Positions 63,834-64,000 of a DNA stretch of 64,000 nt are shown here, in pieces. Source of the DNA: Pelomyxa schiedti. Taxonomy: Eukaryota; Protista; Evosea. Position 1 is the stretch's first letter. Every line of letters starts with the position of its first letter. The stretch covers positions 4,005 to 68,004 of the forward strand of contig JAHLWZ010000866.1 of the NCBI GenBank assembly GCA_020536535.1. The letters are read 5' to 3'. The notes under the pieces are model-generated. The model did not search any database. It was given only the letters and a program-made list of their open reading frames with translations, and had not been told where the DNA came from. The translations under genes and the position numbers were made by a program.

Positions 63834-63885
63834 AATCCTGCACGCATAGTGACCTCACAACTCTTTTTCCTATTGTAGTAATAGC

Positions 63886-64000
63886 AACAACAAAAAAAAC
63901 CGCCACATTGCCCACAGCTGCTGAGCCACCACAGCCCCGCACCACGATAGCCCGGGAACAACTAGCAGCTATGGGCAATGTGGCGGTTTTTTTTGTTGTT
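63886..64000. repeat. Inverted repeat, 37-bp arms (63886-63922 and 63964-64000), one mismatch, 41-nt spacer; may extend past the window edge
   Basis: aacaacaaaaaaaaccgccacattgccca[c/t]agctgct matches its reverse complement. Confidence 0.9.

Overview
Gene-dense, intron-rich eukaryotic DNA, not prokaryotic. Introns are short (mostly 30-60 nt, GT-AG, occasionally GC-AG), microexons occur, and intergenic gaps are often under 250 bp. A TKL kinase with a C-terminal SH2 domain (Shk type) points to Amoebozoa. An archamoeba such as Pelomyxa is my best guess, but that is inference only. I reconstructed about 20 spliced genes by hand: Dicer-like (runs off the left edge), two paralogous ankyrin-like genes, MCM8, Shk kinase, xanthine dehydrogenase, a DHHC palmitoyltransferase, Kelch-F-box-Rho, a 2H phosphoesterase, Nup155, LRR-Ras, a MATH-USP7-UBL-RING-TRAF chimera, a NudC-type Nudix hydrolase, F-box-Rab7-like, TGS1, SGF29, a CID-RRM-RS protein, an SLC45/SUT transporter, C2-RasGAP-RhoGAP and a SNAP-25-like SNARE. 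There is also a decayed chromodomain-bearing Ty3/Gypsy element with an internal inversion. The most novel-looking signals are (1) a USP7-like scaffold whose deubiquitinase catalytic domain is cleanly missing and which carries a RING/TRAF module instead, and (2) small GTPases of three different families fused to F-box, Kelch or LRR modules, which suggests GTP-switchable SCF adaptors analogous to RhoBTB. Gene ends and exon boundaries are manual predictions, and no database search was run.
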